Source: an uncultured delta proteobacterium (GTDB taxonomy: Bacteria; Myxococcota_A; Polyangia; Haliangiales; Haliangiaceae). From it: a DNA stretch of 64,000 nt. Below are positions 39,453 through 48,927 of the stretch, piece by piece (position 1 is the stretch's first letter; each line of letters starts with the position of its first letter). The position numbers and the translations under genes are program-made. The stretch is from the NCBI GenBank assembly GCA_963848295.1, contig CAWKDB010000004.1, positions 64,001 through 128,000 of the forward strand, read 5' to 3'. The notes beneath the pieces are model-generated. The model was not told where the DNA came from and made no database searches. It saw only the letters and a program-made list of their open reading frames with translations.

Positions 39453-40709
39453 TCATTCGTCGATCAGCCCGAGCTCGGCGTAGCGCGGTCGGCTGACGAC
39501 GCGCAGGCCGGGCAGGGCGCGCCGGAAGGTCAGCGCGCACGCGAGCAGGCCCGCTCCCGAGATCGCGAACGCGTGGATCGGTCCGAGCGCGCTCGCGATC
39601 GAGCCGACGAGCAGCGCACCGACCGGGGCACCCGCGAAGAACGCGACGGCGTACAAGCTCATCACGCGTCCGAGCTTGTCATCGAGGACGAGCGTCTGGA
39701 CGAGCGTGTTCGTCGACGCCCATTGCACCATCAGGCACATGCCGACGACGAACAGGATCGGCAGCGCGGTCCACACTCCCGGCGCGGCCTCGAGCGCGAT
39801 CAAGCCGAGGCTCAAGCCGAGGCAGCAGTTCGCGACCACGCCGGTCAGCCCGCTCACGCTCTCGCGACTCGCGAGGAAGAGCGTGCCGACCAGCGCGCCT
39901 GCGCCGCCCGCACCCATCAGCCAGCCGAGCGCGTGCGGGCCGCCGTGCATCTGATCGGCGACCGCGGGCAGCATCGAGATGTACGCGCCGCCGAGCACGC
40001 TCGTCGCGGCGAGCAACAGCAACAACGATCGAACCATCGGCACGCCGCGGACGTAGCGCAAGCCATCGAGTAGCTCGTCGCGGACACGGCCGCCGCGGAT
40101 GCGAGCCGGCTGCTTCGCGACCCGCATCGCGACGAGCGATCCGATCACGGCGAGGTAGCTCAACGCATCGATGCCGAAGCACCAGCCGATCCCGACGAGA
40201 TCGACGATGACCGCCGCGACGATCGGGCCGACCAACCGCGCGCCGTTGACCATCGACGAGTTGAGCGCGATCGCGTTCGGCAGATCCGCGCGATCGTCGA
40301 CCATCTGGCGCAGGAACGATTGCCGCGCCGGCATGTCGAACGCGTTGATCACTGCTTGAACCGCGCCGAGCACCATCAGGTGCCAGATCGTGATCGAGGT
40401 CAGTGCGAACACGGCGAGCGCGGCCGATTGCAACATCGCCGCGGTCTGCGTGACGATCAGCGTGCGGTGGCGGTCCCAGCGGTCGACCATCACGCCCGCG
40501 ACGGGCGCGATCAGCGCGGTCGGCGCCTGGCTGAAGAACGCGACGAGGCCGAGCTGGAACGCGGAGTGCGACAGCGCGAACGCCTCGTAGCCGATCGCGA
40601 AGCGAGTCAGCCACGTCCCGACGAGCGACGTCCCTTGACCCGCGAAGAACAACCGGTAGTTGCGGTGGCGAAGCGCGCGCCCGAGCCGCAACCGGCGGGA
40701 CTGGGTCAT
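39453..40709 (-). CDS. MFS transporter
   Basis: ALRHRNYRLFF.GQ, GVMVDRWDR motif A, PARQS, GRVMS; about 12 TM helices. Confidence 0.92.
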   Translation of the reverse strand: MTQSRRLRLGRALRHRNYRLFFAGQGTSLVGTWLTRFAIGYEAFALSHSAFQLGLVAFFSQAPTALIAPVAGVMVDRWDRHRTLIVTQTAAMLQSAALAVFALTSITIWHLMVLGAVQAVINAFDMPARQSFLRQMVDDRADLPNAIALNSSMVNGARLVGPIVAAVIVDLVGIGWCFGIDALSYLAVIGSLVAMRVAKQPARIRGGRVRDELLDGLRYVRGVPMVRSLLLLLAATSVLGGAYISMLPAVADQMHGGPHALGWLMGAGGAGALVGTLFLASRESVSGLTGVVANCCLGLSLGLIALEAAPGVWTALPILFVVGMCLMVQWASTNTLVQTLVLDDKLGRVMSLYAVAFFAGAPVGALLVGSIASALGPIHAFAISGAGLLACALTFRRALPGLRVVSRPRYAELGLIDE

Positions 40710-41260
40710 GACGCCAATTTCGCGAGGACGTCGGCGGTTGTCCCGGTCTCGCCGAGCCGCGGGAAGATCCGCTCGACGCTGCTGCGATGGCTCTCGAGAA
40801 CCATGTCGGTCATCGCATCGACGACGAGCGTGAGATGGTAGCCGTGCTCGTGGGCGGCGCGCGCGGTGGACTCGACCCCGGCCGAGGTCGCGACCCCGCA
40901 CAACACGATCTGCGTCACGCCGCGCCGGCGCAACATCATGTCCAGCGGCGTGCCGTAGAACGCGCCCCAGGTGTACTTGGTGACGAGGAGGTCGGTCGGC
41001 TGCCGGTCGAGCTCCGGCGCGAGCTCCATCCAGTTCGCGGCGGGCGGCAGGGTTGGACTCTTCGCGTCGGTGCGACCGGGCGCTCGGCCGGCGGCGGTGA
41101 CGAGCACGACCGGAAGCTCGCGGCGGCGAAATGCCTTGGCGAGCGCGGCGGCGTTCGCGACGACCCCGGCGATCGGATGCACGGTGGGATAGCCGAGGAT
41201 GCCGAGCTGGAGGTCGATGACGACGAGCGCGGTGGTGGAATCGAGGGTGGTGATCGGCAT
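40706..41260 (-). CDS. Isochorismatase/cysteine hydrolase family protein
   Basis: ALVVIDLQ, K..WGAF, GVATSAGVESTAR. Confidence 0.9.
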   Translation of the reverse strand: MPITTLDSTTALVVIDLQLGILGYPTVHPIAGVVANAAALAKAFRRRELPVVLVTAAGRAPGRTDAKSPTLPPAANWMELAPELDRQPTDLLVTKYTWGAFYGTPLDMMLRRRGVTQIVLCGVATSAGVESTARAAHEHGYHLTLVVDAMTDMVLESHRSSVERIFPRLGETGTTADVLAKLAS

Positions 41261-41279
41261 CGTCAGTCCTTTGCGGCGG

Positions 41280-41705
41280 TCACGCCGCGGCGATCCTGCG
41301 CAAGAGCTCCAGCGCGGCGAGCAGCGAGCGTTGCTCGTCGCCGTCGAGCTCCTTGTCGATCGCGCGGGCGAGCCAACTCTGGCGCGCGGCCCGGCCGTCC
41401 GCGAGCACGCGACTGCCGGCGCGGGTCACCGACACGAGCCGGCGCCGGCCGTCGGTTCGGTCGTCGCTGCGGGCGACCATGCCGGCCGCTTCGAGCTCGG
41501 CGACGATCGAGCCCATCGATTGCGGCGTCACGTGGTTCGCGCGGGCGAGATCCGCGGTCGTCATCTCGCCGCCTTCTTCGAGCCGACGCAAGACCGACGC
41601 TTGCGGCCACGACAGGCCTTGACCGGACGATTCGACGCGACCGCGCCGGACGATCGCGCCGACCACGTGGCGGAGTTGCTCGGCGGCTTGCTCGGCGCGA
41701 GTCAC
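41280..41705 (-). CDS. MarR family regulator
   Basis: ADLARANHVTPQSM..LEAAGMV.R..DGRR..VT..G; GTG start fixed by the promoter. Confidence 0.9.
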   Translation of the reverse strand: MTRAEQAAEQLRHVVGAIVRRGRVESSGQGLSWPQASVLRRLEEGGEMTTADLARANHVTPQSMGSIVAELEAAGMVARSDDRTDGRRRLVSVTRAGSRVLADGRAARQSWLARAIDKELDGDEQRSLLAALELLRRIAAA

Positions 41706-41711
41706 GACAAC

Positions 41712-41740
41712 ACTGTAGCGAATAGAATCTAAACTTGCAA
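41712..41740 (-). promoter_or_regulatory. sigma70-type leaderless promoter of marR-isochorismatase-MFS
   Basis: TTGCAA-N17-TACAGT-N6-GTG. Confidence 0.75.
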
Positions 41741-41829
41741 GGTGCTGTTCCAATATCCCGGCGTGCCGGAGGCCACACAACGCGTGGCTTCGCCTGCTCC
41801 TGCGGCGAGGATGGCGGTAAAGTCAGCTG

Positions 41830-42942
41830 ATGCGAGCGATCTCGTACGCGATCGCGCTATGCGCGGGTTGCTCGTTCACCGAGCCGGCCGGCGCCATCGA
41901 TGCGCCGCGACCGCCGATCGACGCGCCGAGGTTCGATGCGCCACCGGTCGACGCGATGTTGGGCCCGTGCACGGGCACGCTGGTCGGCACCGGCTTTCAG
42001 ATCTGCCTGCTCGAGCCGCCGACGCAGATGCTGATGGTCCCGGCCGGGACGATCGCGACCGAGACCTCGGCGGCGTGCGCGCCGGCATCGGCCTACACGT
42101 CTTCACCCGACGTCTGCCTCCTGCTCGGCACCTCGGTGAACATCCCGATGAACGTCGTCGCGACGGGCCGGCGGCCGCTCGCGATCGTCGCGACCAATGG
42201 CGCCGTGATGATCGGCGGCGCCGGCGGGGTCGACGTGTCGAGCCACGACGCCGTGCTCGGTGCCGGCACCCGGTCGACGTGCCCGGGCGGCACGGCGCCG
42301 GACAGCGGCGGCGGCACCTCGGGTGGCGGGTTCGCGGGAAGCTACGGCGGCGTCGGCGGCGACGGCGGCCGAGGCGCGAGCGGCGGCAACGGCGGGATCG
42401 CGGCGACGCCGGGAGGATTCACGCGGGTCGAAGGCGGATGCCCCGGTGGACCCGGTGCCGGCACGGGCGCGGGAGCCGGTGGCGCGGGTGGCGGTGCGGT
42501 GTGGATCATCGCGACCACGAAGATCCAGATCGATGGCTCGATCGACGCGTCGGGTGGCGCGGGCGGCGGCTCGACGAGAGGCGATAACGCCGGCGGCGGT
42601 GGCGCCGGTGCCGGCGGCCTGATCGGGCTCGACGCACCGCAGCTGATGGGCACCGGCAACGTGTTCGCGAACGGCGGCGGAGGCGGCGAAGGGTGCGGCA
42701 GCGCCACCGACGGCAACCCGGGCGGAGTCTCACTGGGCCCGACCATGGCCGCGCTCGGCGGAACCGGCGGCGGCAACGGCGGCGACGGCGGCGGCGGATC
42801 GTCCGGCGCGACCCTGTTCGGGGTGAACGGCTTCGACGGTACCGGCGGTGACGGCGGCGGCGGTGGCGGTGGCGGCGCCGGTGTCGTGTGGGTGCGAACC
42901 GGCGTCGCGGGCTCAGAAAACTTCGCGCCTCCTCCAAGCTGA
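41830..42942 (+). CDS. Glycine-rich lipoprotein
   Basis: MRAISYAIALCAGC lipobox, IDAP repeats, GGGAGG-rich repeats with short beta segments; TAAAGT 6 nt upstream. Confidence 0.8.
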   Translation: MRAISYAIALCAGCSFTEPAGAIDAPRPPIDAPRFDAPPVDAMLGPCTGTLVGTGFQICLLEPPTQMLMVPAGTIATETSAACAPASAYTSSPDVCLLLGTSVNIPMNVVATGRRPLAIVATNGAVMIGGAGGVDVSSHDAVLGAGTRSTCPGGTAPDSGGGTSGGGFAGSYGGVGGDGGRGASGGNGGIAATPGGFTRVEGGCPGGPGAGTGAGAGGAGGGAVWIIATTKIQIDGSIDASGGAGGGSTRGDNAGGGGAGAGGLIGLDAPQLMGTGNVFANGGGGGEGCGSATDGNPGGVSLGPTMAALGGTGGGNGGDGGGGSSGATLFGVNGFDGTGGDGGGGGGGGAGVVWVRTGVAGSENFAPPPS

Positions 42943-43015
42943 CAGAATTGTGGGTATACGTCCGGCGCCGCCGGCCGATGATGACTGCGTGACGCCGCTC
43001 GAGAATCCCGTCCCC

Positions 43016-43156
43016 ATGTTGATGACCGATCCGCTCGAGACCGCCCTGTGGATCGATGCGATGGCCGATCACGCGCCTGCGCAGGGGATCATCAGGACTC
43101 AGCTCGATGATCTCGTCGAGTACCTGCGGCGCTATCGCCCGCGCGCTCGGGCCTGA
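43016..43156 (+). CDS. Possible small protein, 46 aa
   Basis: MLMTDPLETALWIDAMADH..LVEYLRRYRPRARA, amphipathic helical look; fills the gap before eboA. Confidence 0.3.
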   Translation: MLMTDPLETALWIDAMADHAPAQGIIRTQLDDLVEYLRRYRPRARA

Positions 43157-43179
43157 CCGGCTCGTGCTATAGCGCGTGC

Positions 43180-43755
43180 GTGCTCGACGACGCGCTGCCC
43201 GCCGCCGTGAAGACATGGCTCGGCGCGCTGGTCCTGACCGACAAGACGGCGTTGCTCGCCGCGTTCTCCGGTGCGGCGCGCGCGCTCGGCAAGGCGGCGA
43301 TCCCGATCATCGGGCGCGGCACGTGGGGCAGCGACGAGCTCGGTCGCGCCGCGCTGCTCGTGCGTGCGTTCCCGCTGCTGCAACCCGCCGAGCTGTGGGC
43401 GCACGGCGACAATCGCGAGCGTCAGGCCGTGCTCAAGGCGTTGCCGCTGTTGCCCGAGCCCGCGCAGTTCGTGGCGCTCGCGATCGAAGCGTGTCGCGCG
43501 AACGTGCTCACCGTGTTCGAAGCGATCGCCTGTGACAACCCGTACCCGGCCGAGCACTTCCCCGAGCTCGCGTTCAATCAGCTCGTGCTGAAGGCCGCGT
43601 TCAACGACTTCGCGCTCGCCCGGATCATCGGCCTCGGCGCGCGGCGCAACGCCGAGCTCGCGCGGATGGCCACGGACTTCGCGGCCGAACGTCGCGCCGC
43701 CGGTCGGCCGGTGCCCGCCGATCTCGATCTCGCGATAAAGGGAGCCGCTCCATGA
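43180..43755 (+). CDS. eboA: EboA-like protein
   Basis: GDNRERQAVLKALPLL, F.AIACDNPYPAEHF..FNQLVLKA.F, ERRAAGRPVP. Confidence 0.85.
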   Translation: MLDDALPAAVKTWLGALVLTDKTALLAAFSGAARALGKAAIPIIGRGTWGSDELGRAALLVRAFPLLQPAELWAHGDNRERQAVLKALPLLPEPAQFVALAIEACRANVLTVFEAIACDNPYPAEHFPELAFNQLVLKAAFNDFALARIIGLGARRNAELARMATDFAAERRAAGRPVPADLDLAIKGAAP

Positions 43756-44633
43756 AGCTATTCGATCCGCACATCCACATGACGAGCCGGACGACCGACG
43801 ACTACGAAGCGATGGCCGCCGCCGGCATTCGCGCGATCGTCGAGCCCGCGTTCTGGCTCGGCCAGCCGCGCACGCACGTCGGCACGTTCGACGACTACTT
43901 CCAGGCGCTGGTCGGCTGGGAGCGGTTTCGCGCGAGCCAGTTCGGCATCGCCCACTTCTGCACCATCGGGCTCAATCCGAAAGAAGCGAACAACCCGGCG
44001 GTCGCCGATGGCGTGCTCGAGCTGTGCGCGCACTACCTCGGCAAGGATGGCGTCGTCGCGGTCGGCGAGATCGGCTATGACGATCAGACCGCGGCGGAAG
44101 ACAAATACTTCGCCGCGCAGATCGAGCTCGCCCGCAAGTTCGACCTGCCGGTGCTGATCCACACGCCGCATCGCGACAAGAAGCGCGGCACCGAGCGCAC
44201 GATCGCGGCGGTGCGCGAGCAGAGCTTCCCCGAGGAGCGCGTGCTGATCGACCACAATAATGAAGAGACGCTGCCGCTCGTGCTCGCGACCGGTTGCTGG
44301 GCCGGCCATTCGATCTACCCGAACACGAAGATGGACGAGCCGCGGATGGCGGCGCTGGTCAAGAAGTACGGAGCGTCGCGGATCATCGTGAACAGCGCGG
44401 CCGACTGGGGCGTGAGCGATCCGCTCAAGGTGCCGAAGACGGTCGCGGCGATGCGCGCGGCCGGGATCGGTGAACGCGAGATCGAAACGATCGTGTGGGC
44501 GAACCCGATCGCGTTCTTCGGTCAGACCGGGCGGCTCGCCGCGAGCGATCTCGAAGCACCCGCGCGCTTCGACCAGGCCGAGCTGTTCGAAGGCAACTCG
44601 GTCTTGCGTGGCCAATCGGCGCGGAAGTCTTGA
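43752..44633 (+). CDS. eboB: EboB, TatD-family metal-dependent hydrolase
   Basis: DPHIHMTSRTTDDY, EPAFWLGQPRT, LNPKEAN, HTPHRDK, NSAADWG.SDPL.VPKT. Confidence 0.9.
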   Translation: MKLFDPHIHMTSRTTDDYEAMAAAGIRAIVEPAFWLGQPRTHVGTFDDYFQALVGWERFRASQFGIAHFCTIGLNPKEANNPAVADGVLELCAHYLGKDGVVAVGEIGYDDQTAAEDKYFAAQIELARKFDLPVLIHTPHRDKKRGTERTIAAVREQSFPEERVLIDHNNEETLPLVLATGCWAGHSIYPNTKMDEPRMAALVKKYGASRIIVNSAADWGVSDPLKVPKTVAAMRAAGIGEREIETIVWANPIAFFGQTGRLAASDLEAPARFDQAELFEGNSVLRGQSARKS

Positions 44634-44651
44634 TGTAACTTCGTACATCAA
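44630..44651. repeat. Perfect 8-bp inverted repeat at the eboB stop
   Basis: TTGATGTA-ACTTCG-TACATCAA. Confidence 0.7.
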
Positions 44652-44738
44652 CCGTTGTCGCCGCCGCCTGATCGAGCCGGCGATTCGAGTTGCCGGCTGC
44701 CGCGGTTTCAACTTCCCGTAGTTGCGTTCACACGCGCG

Positions 44739-44754
44739 CGGCACGTGCTTTGCG
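44739..44754 (+). promoter_or_regulatory. Putative sigma54 promoter
   Basis: CGGCACGTGCTTTGCG (GG-N10-GC with TTGC). Confidence 0.68.
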
Positions 44755-44832
44755 TTCGGCGTGCGCATCATGCGCAGCTTGTTTCACTTATTCCTGCGAC
44801 GAACCGACACGTCGGTGCGTCTGGACGAGGCC

Positions 44833-47655
44833 ATGACCTCGCCTCTTCGCGCTTCGCTCTATCTCGGCGGCCTGTCTGCGGTGCTCGCGAGTTGCACCGG
44901 CACCGCGCCGCCTCCGCCGATCACGACCGTCGACTGCGTCGCCGACAAGTGCGACGGCACCGCGGTCGTGCCGGGTGTCGCCGAGCAGCGGGTGTTCCCG
45001 AACCTGACGTTCAACTTTCCGGTCCAGATGGTGTTCTCGCCGTCGGACAACCATCGTGCGTTCGTCGTCGAGCACAGCGGCACGGTGCGCACGTTCGACG
45101 TGACGTCCGCGAATTCCGCCGACATCGCACTCGATATCTCGAACCGCGTCCACATGGATCCGCCGCCGCACAGCGAAGCGGGCCTGAACGCGATCGCGAT
45201 CGATCCGACCGCGAACGTGATGTACGTCACCTACGACGCGATCAGCCCCGACGATCCGAACAACGCGTTGCGCATGCGCTGGCGGTTGTCGCGGTTCACG
45301 AGCAGCGACGGCAAGTCGTTCGATGCAAACAGCGAGCAGATCCTGATCGAGATGGACAAGAACGCCGACGAGCACAACGCGGGGATGCTCGCGTTCGGCC
45401 AGGACGGCTTCCTCTACGTCTCGGTCGGCGACGGCGGTCCGTCGTTCGATCCGAACTCGTTCGGTCAGAACACGTTCGCGCTCTACGGCAAGATGTTGCG
45501 GCTCGACGTCCACACGACCGCGGCCGACCCGACCGATCCGGTCAAAGGCCCCGACCTGTTTCGGTTTCGCGCGGCGGCGGGTGGCGGTCGCGTGCTGATC
45601 GATCACGACACGACGGACGGCAACGGGACGCGCACGCTGCCATACGGCATCCCGAGCGACAACCCGTTCTCGGATGGCTCGAGCGGTCGCCCGGAGGTCT
45701 ACGCATACGGTCTGCGCAACCCGTGGCGCTGGAGCTTCGACGCCGACGGCACGCTGTGGGAAGGCGACGTCGGCCAAGACGCGTACGAGGAGATCAATCA
45801 GATCACGAAGGGCGGCAACTTCGGTTGGGGCGTGCTCGAAGCCAATCACTGCGCGCCGGGCCACAACCCGTGCCCGCTCGATGGCGCGATCGCTCCGATC
45901 ACCGAGATCCAGCACGGCCCGACGATGAACGCGGTGATCGGCGGCTACAAGTATCGCGGCACCGCGATGCCGCTGCTCGTCGGCGACTACGTGTTCGCGA
46001 ACTTCTCGCCCGGCACGATCTACGGCGTGTTCGACGAGAACGGTACGCAAGCGCCCGAGGTCCTCGGCGGCTTGCCGCAATCGATCTCTGGCATGGCCGA
46101 GGATCCGGACGGCGAGCTCTACGTCATGGATCTGCTCAAGGGCGGCATCTACGAGCTCGTCGCGGGCCCGACGCACTCCGCGACCGGCCAGGCGCCGCCG
46201 TACAAGTTCCTGATGCGCGCCGGCATCGGCACCGACGCAGGTGCGCGCGCATACTACGCCTCGATCATCCCGAACCTCGATCCGACGACGCTGACGATCA
46301 ACGGCGCGCCGTTCACCGAGCAGCAATGGGAAGCGCAGACGTTCGGCTCGCTGCCGACCGTCGCGGGCTACTACCAGAACGCGCTCGACCTCGGGTTCTG
46401 GCGCGACATGGTGTGCACGACGACGATCACGCCGGGCAGCGGCGGTTGCCGCGTTCGCAACTATCGCAACGAGGCCGACAAGAACCCGGCGCTCACCGGC
46501 AACCTCGGTACGGTGACGATGGACGTCAGCCCTCAGGGCTTCACGCGGTTCTACGTGTTCGGCCCGGACAGCACGCTCAGCCCGTTCGCGGTGCTCGACG
46601 ACGAAGGCAAGAAGTTCGTGCCCGAGTTGTGCACGACGTGTCACGCCGGCAAGTACACCGGCGCCGGCTCGAGCCCAGATCTCGGCTCGATGTTCCGCGA
46701 GTTCGAGCCGCGGTCCGACGAGTTCGTCGCGGTCTCTCCGGACCCCGGCAACCTGGCGCCGGTGCTGGTCGAGGAGTCGGACTTGACGCGCGATCAAGCC
46801 GAGGAGCAGTGGGCCGCGCTCAACGACGCCGCGCACGCCGCGAACGCTTCGATCCACACCGAAGCGCAGGGCGCGCCGGTCGGCACCGATCACGCGGTCG
46901 CCGCGACGAACGCGTACATCGAGGCGCTCTACTCGGGGCGCAACCCGGTCGTCGTCCGGCCACCGGACGACCCGGCGCTCATGCCGGAGTCGTGGGGCCC
47001 CCGCACCGGCGAAGACGCCACGCTGGTCGCGACCAAAGCGACGACGTGGGTCCAGCTGTCCTCGCGCTACTGCATGGGCTGCCATCGCTCGAACGCGCTC
47101 GACTTCGCCGATTACGCGAACTTCCAGGCGCTGTCGTCGACGCTCGGCACCGAATCGGTGCTCGACCACTACATGATCGACGACCGGAACGACCCGACCC
47201 GCGCGACGACGCTGTACATGCCGCAGGCCGAGCTCGCGTTCAATCGGTTGCAGCAAGACGTGTCGACGCGCTTCGACTCGGACGACTGGGCGAACCAGGC
47301 GAATTCGCCGACCGTGCCGGTGACCGAGCTCAGCATCGAGGTCGACGGTGCGGCGTTCACGTCGCCTGGCCAAGACGTGTGGATCACCGGCAACATCTCG
47401 CAGCTCGGCAACTGGAATCCCGCGGGCGGCGTGCTGCTGCAGGGAACGCCGATCAACGGGCAATGGACCGGCGTGTGGAAGGGCTCGGTCGTCGTGCCGC
47501 AAGGCATGAACATCCAGTGGAAGGCGACGATCCTCGACAACAGCGGCAAGACCCTGCAATGGGAGCCCGATCTGCCGACGAACAGCCATAACCGCGAATT
47601 CAGCGTGCCGTCGGCCGACGCGTCGAGCGTCACCGTGACCTGGGGGCAGCCATGA
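44833..47655 (+). CDS. Lipoprotein: glucose/sorbosone (PQQ-type) dehydrogenase propeller + two CxxCH heme motifs + CBM20, 940 aa
   Basis: GAGG SD and VLASC lipobox; HNAG.LAFG.DG.LY..GDGG, IP.DNPF, YGLRNPWR.SFD, DVGQ..EEI..GGNFGW; CTTCH at 46630 and CMGCH at 47071; C-terminal GQDVWITGN..QLGNWNP..W..QWK..WE..NR. Confidence 0.85.
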   Translation: MTSPLRASLYLGGLSAVLASCTGTAPPPPITTVDCVADKCDGTAVVPGVAEQRVFPNLTFNFPVQMVFSPSDNHRAFVVEHSGTVRTFDVTSANSADIALDISNRVHMDPPPHSEAGLNAIAIDPTANVMYVTYDAISPDDPNNALRMRWRLSRFTSSDGKSFDANSEQILIEMDKNADEHNAGMLAFGQDGFLYVSVGDGGPSFDPNSFGQNTFALYGKMLRLDVHTTAADPTDPVKGPDLFRFRAAAGGGRVLIDHDTTDGNGTRTLPYGIPSDNPFSDGSSGRPEVYAYGLRNPWRWSFDADGTLWEGDVGQDAYEEINQITKGGNFGWGVLEANHCAPGHNPCPLDGAIAPITEIQHGPTMNAVIGGYKYRGTAMPLLVGDYVFANFSPGTIYGVFDENGTQAPEVLGGLPQSISGMAEDPDGELYVMDLLKGGIYELVAGPTHSATGQAPPYKFLMRAGIGTDAGARAYYASIIPNLDPTTLTINGAPFTEQQWEAQTFGSLPTVAGYYQNALDLGFWRDMVCTTTITPGSGGCRVRNYRNEADKNPALTGNLGTVTMDVSPQGFTRFYVFGPDSTLSPFAVLDDEGKKFVPELCTTCHAGKYTGAGSSPDLGSMFREFEPRSDEFVAVSPDPGNLAPVLVEESDLTRDQAEEQWAALNDAAHAANASIHTEAQGAPVGTDHAVAATNAYIEALYSGRNPVVVRPPDDPALMPESWGPRTGEDATLVATKATTWVQLSSRYCMGCHRSNALDFADYANFQALSSTLGTESVLDHYMIDDRNDPTRATTLYMPQAELAFNRLQQDVSTRFDSDDWANQANSPTVPVTELSIEVDGAAFTSPGQDVWITGNISQLGNWNPAGGVLLQGTPINGQWTGVWKGSVVVPQGMNIQWKATILDNSGKTLQWEPDLPTNSHNREFSVPSADASSVTVTWGQP

Positions 47656-47693
47656 CCCGCGCGGCGACCGCGATTTGCGGCGATACTCGACCG

Positions 47694-48863
47694 ATGACCG
47701 TATCGATCATCCAGCGCGTCGCTGTGATGGTCGAGTATCCGGTCGTGTTCACGCGCGGCGCGTTCGATCTCGCGAACCCCGTGCTCGCCGAGACGCTCGC
47801 GCGACGCGAGCCGGATCGCCGGCATCGGTTCGTCGCCGTGATCGATAGCGGCGTCGCGGCGCGGTGGCCGACGCTCGCCGCCGACATCGCGGCGTATGCG
47901 CGGCGCTACGAGCTCGAGCTCGCCGCGCCGCCGTGGGTGATCCCCGGTGGCGAGGACGCGAAGCGCGACGACGTGCTCGCGCAGCTGCATCGTGCGCTCG
48001 CCGGGCTGCGCATCGATCGTCACTCCTACGTGATCGCGATCGGCGGCGGCGCGATGCTCGACGTCGTCGGCTATGCGGCGGCGACGTTGCATCGCGGCGT
48101 TCGGCTCGTGCGGATGCCGACGACCGTGCTCGCGCAGAACGACGCGGGGGTCGGCGTCAAGAACGGGATCAACGCGTTCGGCGCGAAGAACTTCCTCGGC
48201 ACGTTCGCGGCGCCGTTCGCGGTGATCGACGACAGCGACTTCCTGGCGACGCTCGAGCCGCGCGATCGCATCGCAGGCATGGCGGAAGCGGTCAAGGTCG
48301 CGCTGATCCGCGACGCGGCGTTCTTTCGCTGGCTGGTCGACCACGCGGCCGAGCTCGCGGTGTTCGACACCGAGGCGGTCGAGTACATGATCCGGCGCTG
48401 CGCCGAGCTCCACCTCGCGCACATCGCGGGCGGCGGCGATCCGTTCGAGCAGGGCAACGCGCGTCCGCTCGATTTCGGCCATTGGTCGGCGCACAAGCTC
48501 GAGCTCATGTCGCACCACGCGCTTCGCCACGGCGAGGCGGTCGCGATCGGCATCGCGCTCGACAGCGCGTACTCGGCCGAGGCCGGCCTGCTCGCGCCCG
48601 CCGACTTCGACGCGATCGTGGGCCTGCTCGTCGCGCTCGGACTGCCGACCGCACATGCGCTGCTCCGTGACCCCGCGCTGCTCGAAGGGCTCGCCGAGTT
48701 CCGCGAGCACCTCGGCGGCGAGCTGTGCATCCCGTTGCTCGCCGGCATCGGCCAGGTCGTCGAGGCCAACGACCTCGCCGAGGCCACGCTCCGCCGCGCC
48801 ATCGAACGAATCACGCAGGCCGTTGCCGAAATCAACGCGCCTGTCTCTGCGGCGTCGGTCTAG
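47694..48863 (+). CDS. eboD: EboD, 3-dehydroquinate synthase-like sugar-phosphate cyclase
   Basis: IGGGAMLD, PTTVLAQND, KNG.N, RPLDFGHWSAHKLE, HGEAVAIG; ebo context; alternative start 47652. Confidence 0.88.
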   Translation: MTVSIIQRVAVMVEYPVVFTRGAFDLANPVLAETLARREPDRRHRFVAVIDSGVAARWPTLAADIAAYARRYELELAAPPWVIPGGEDAKRDDVLAQLHRALAGLRIDRHSYVIAIGGGAMLDVVGYAAATLHRGVRLVRMPTTVLAQNDAGVGVKNGINAFGAKNFLGTFAAPFAVIDDSDFLATLEPRDRIAGMAEAVKVALIRDAAFFRWLVDHAAELAVFDTEAVEYMIRRCAELHLAHIAGGGDPFEQGNARPLDFGHWSAHKLELMSHHALRHGEAVAIGIALDSAYSAEAGLLAPADFDAIVGLLVALGLPTAHALLRDPALLEGLAEFREHLGGELCIPLLAGIGQVVEANDLAEATLRRAIERITQAVAEINAPVSAASV

Positions 48864-48895
48864 CCGCCATTTCCTCGTTTTCAGGAGCGCGGCGA

Positions 48896-48911
48896 TGGCA
48901 CATCGCGTGCT
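48896..48911 (+). promoter_or_regulatory. Putative sigma54 promoter
   Basis: TGGCACATCGCGTGCT; conserved C is 18 nt before ATG 48928. Confidence 0.65.
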
Positions 48912-48927
48912 CCAAGCAGGTTCGCTC

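Noticed and set aside
41830..42942. PE_PGRS protein or DNA tandem repeat
   Set aside because: No PE domain; GGC runs are glycine codons in a lipoprotein
44630..44651. FNR box
   Set aside because: TTGAT and ATCAA are 12 nt apart, not 4
44788..47589. 933-aa antisense ORF, and similar long shadow ORFs (48961-51081, 52315-55329, 56270-59620, 13438-15240)
   Set aside because: They overlap well-supported genes, are Arg/Ala/Val-rich without motifs, and are expected from stop-codon scarcity at high GC
47694..48863. Housekeeping aroB
   Set aside because: ebo context and the DFGHWSAHKLE variant point to EboD; no shikimate genes adjacent
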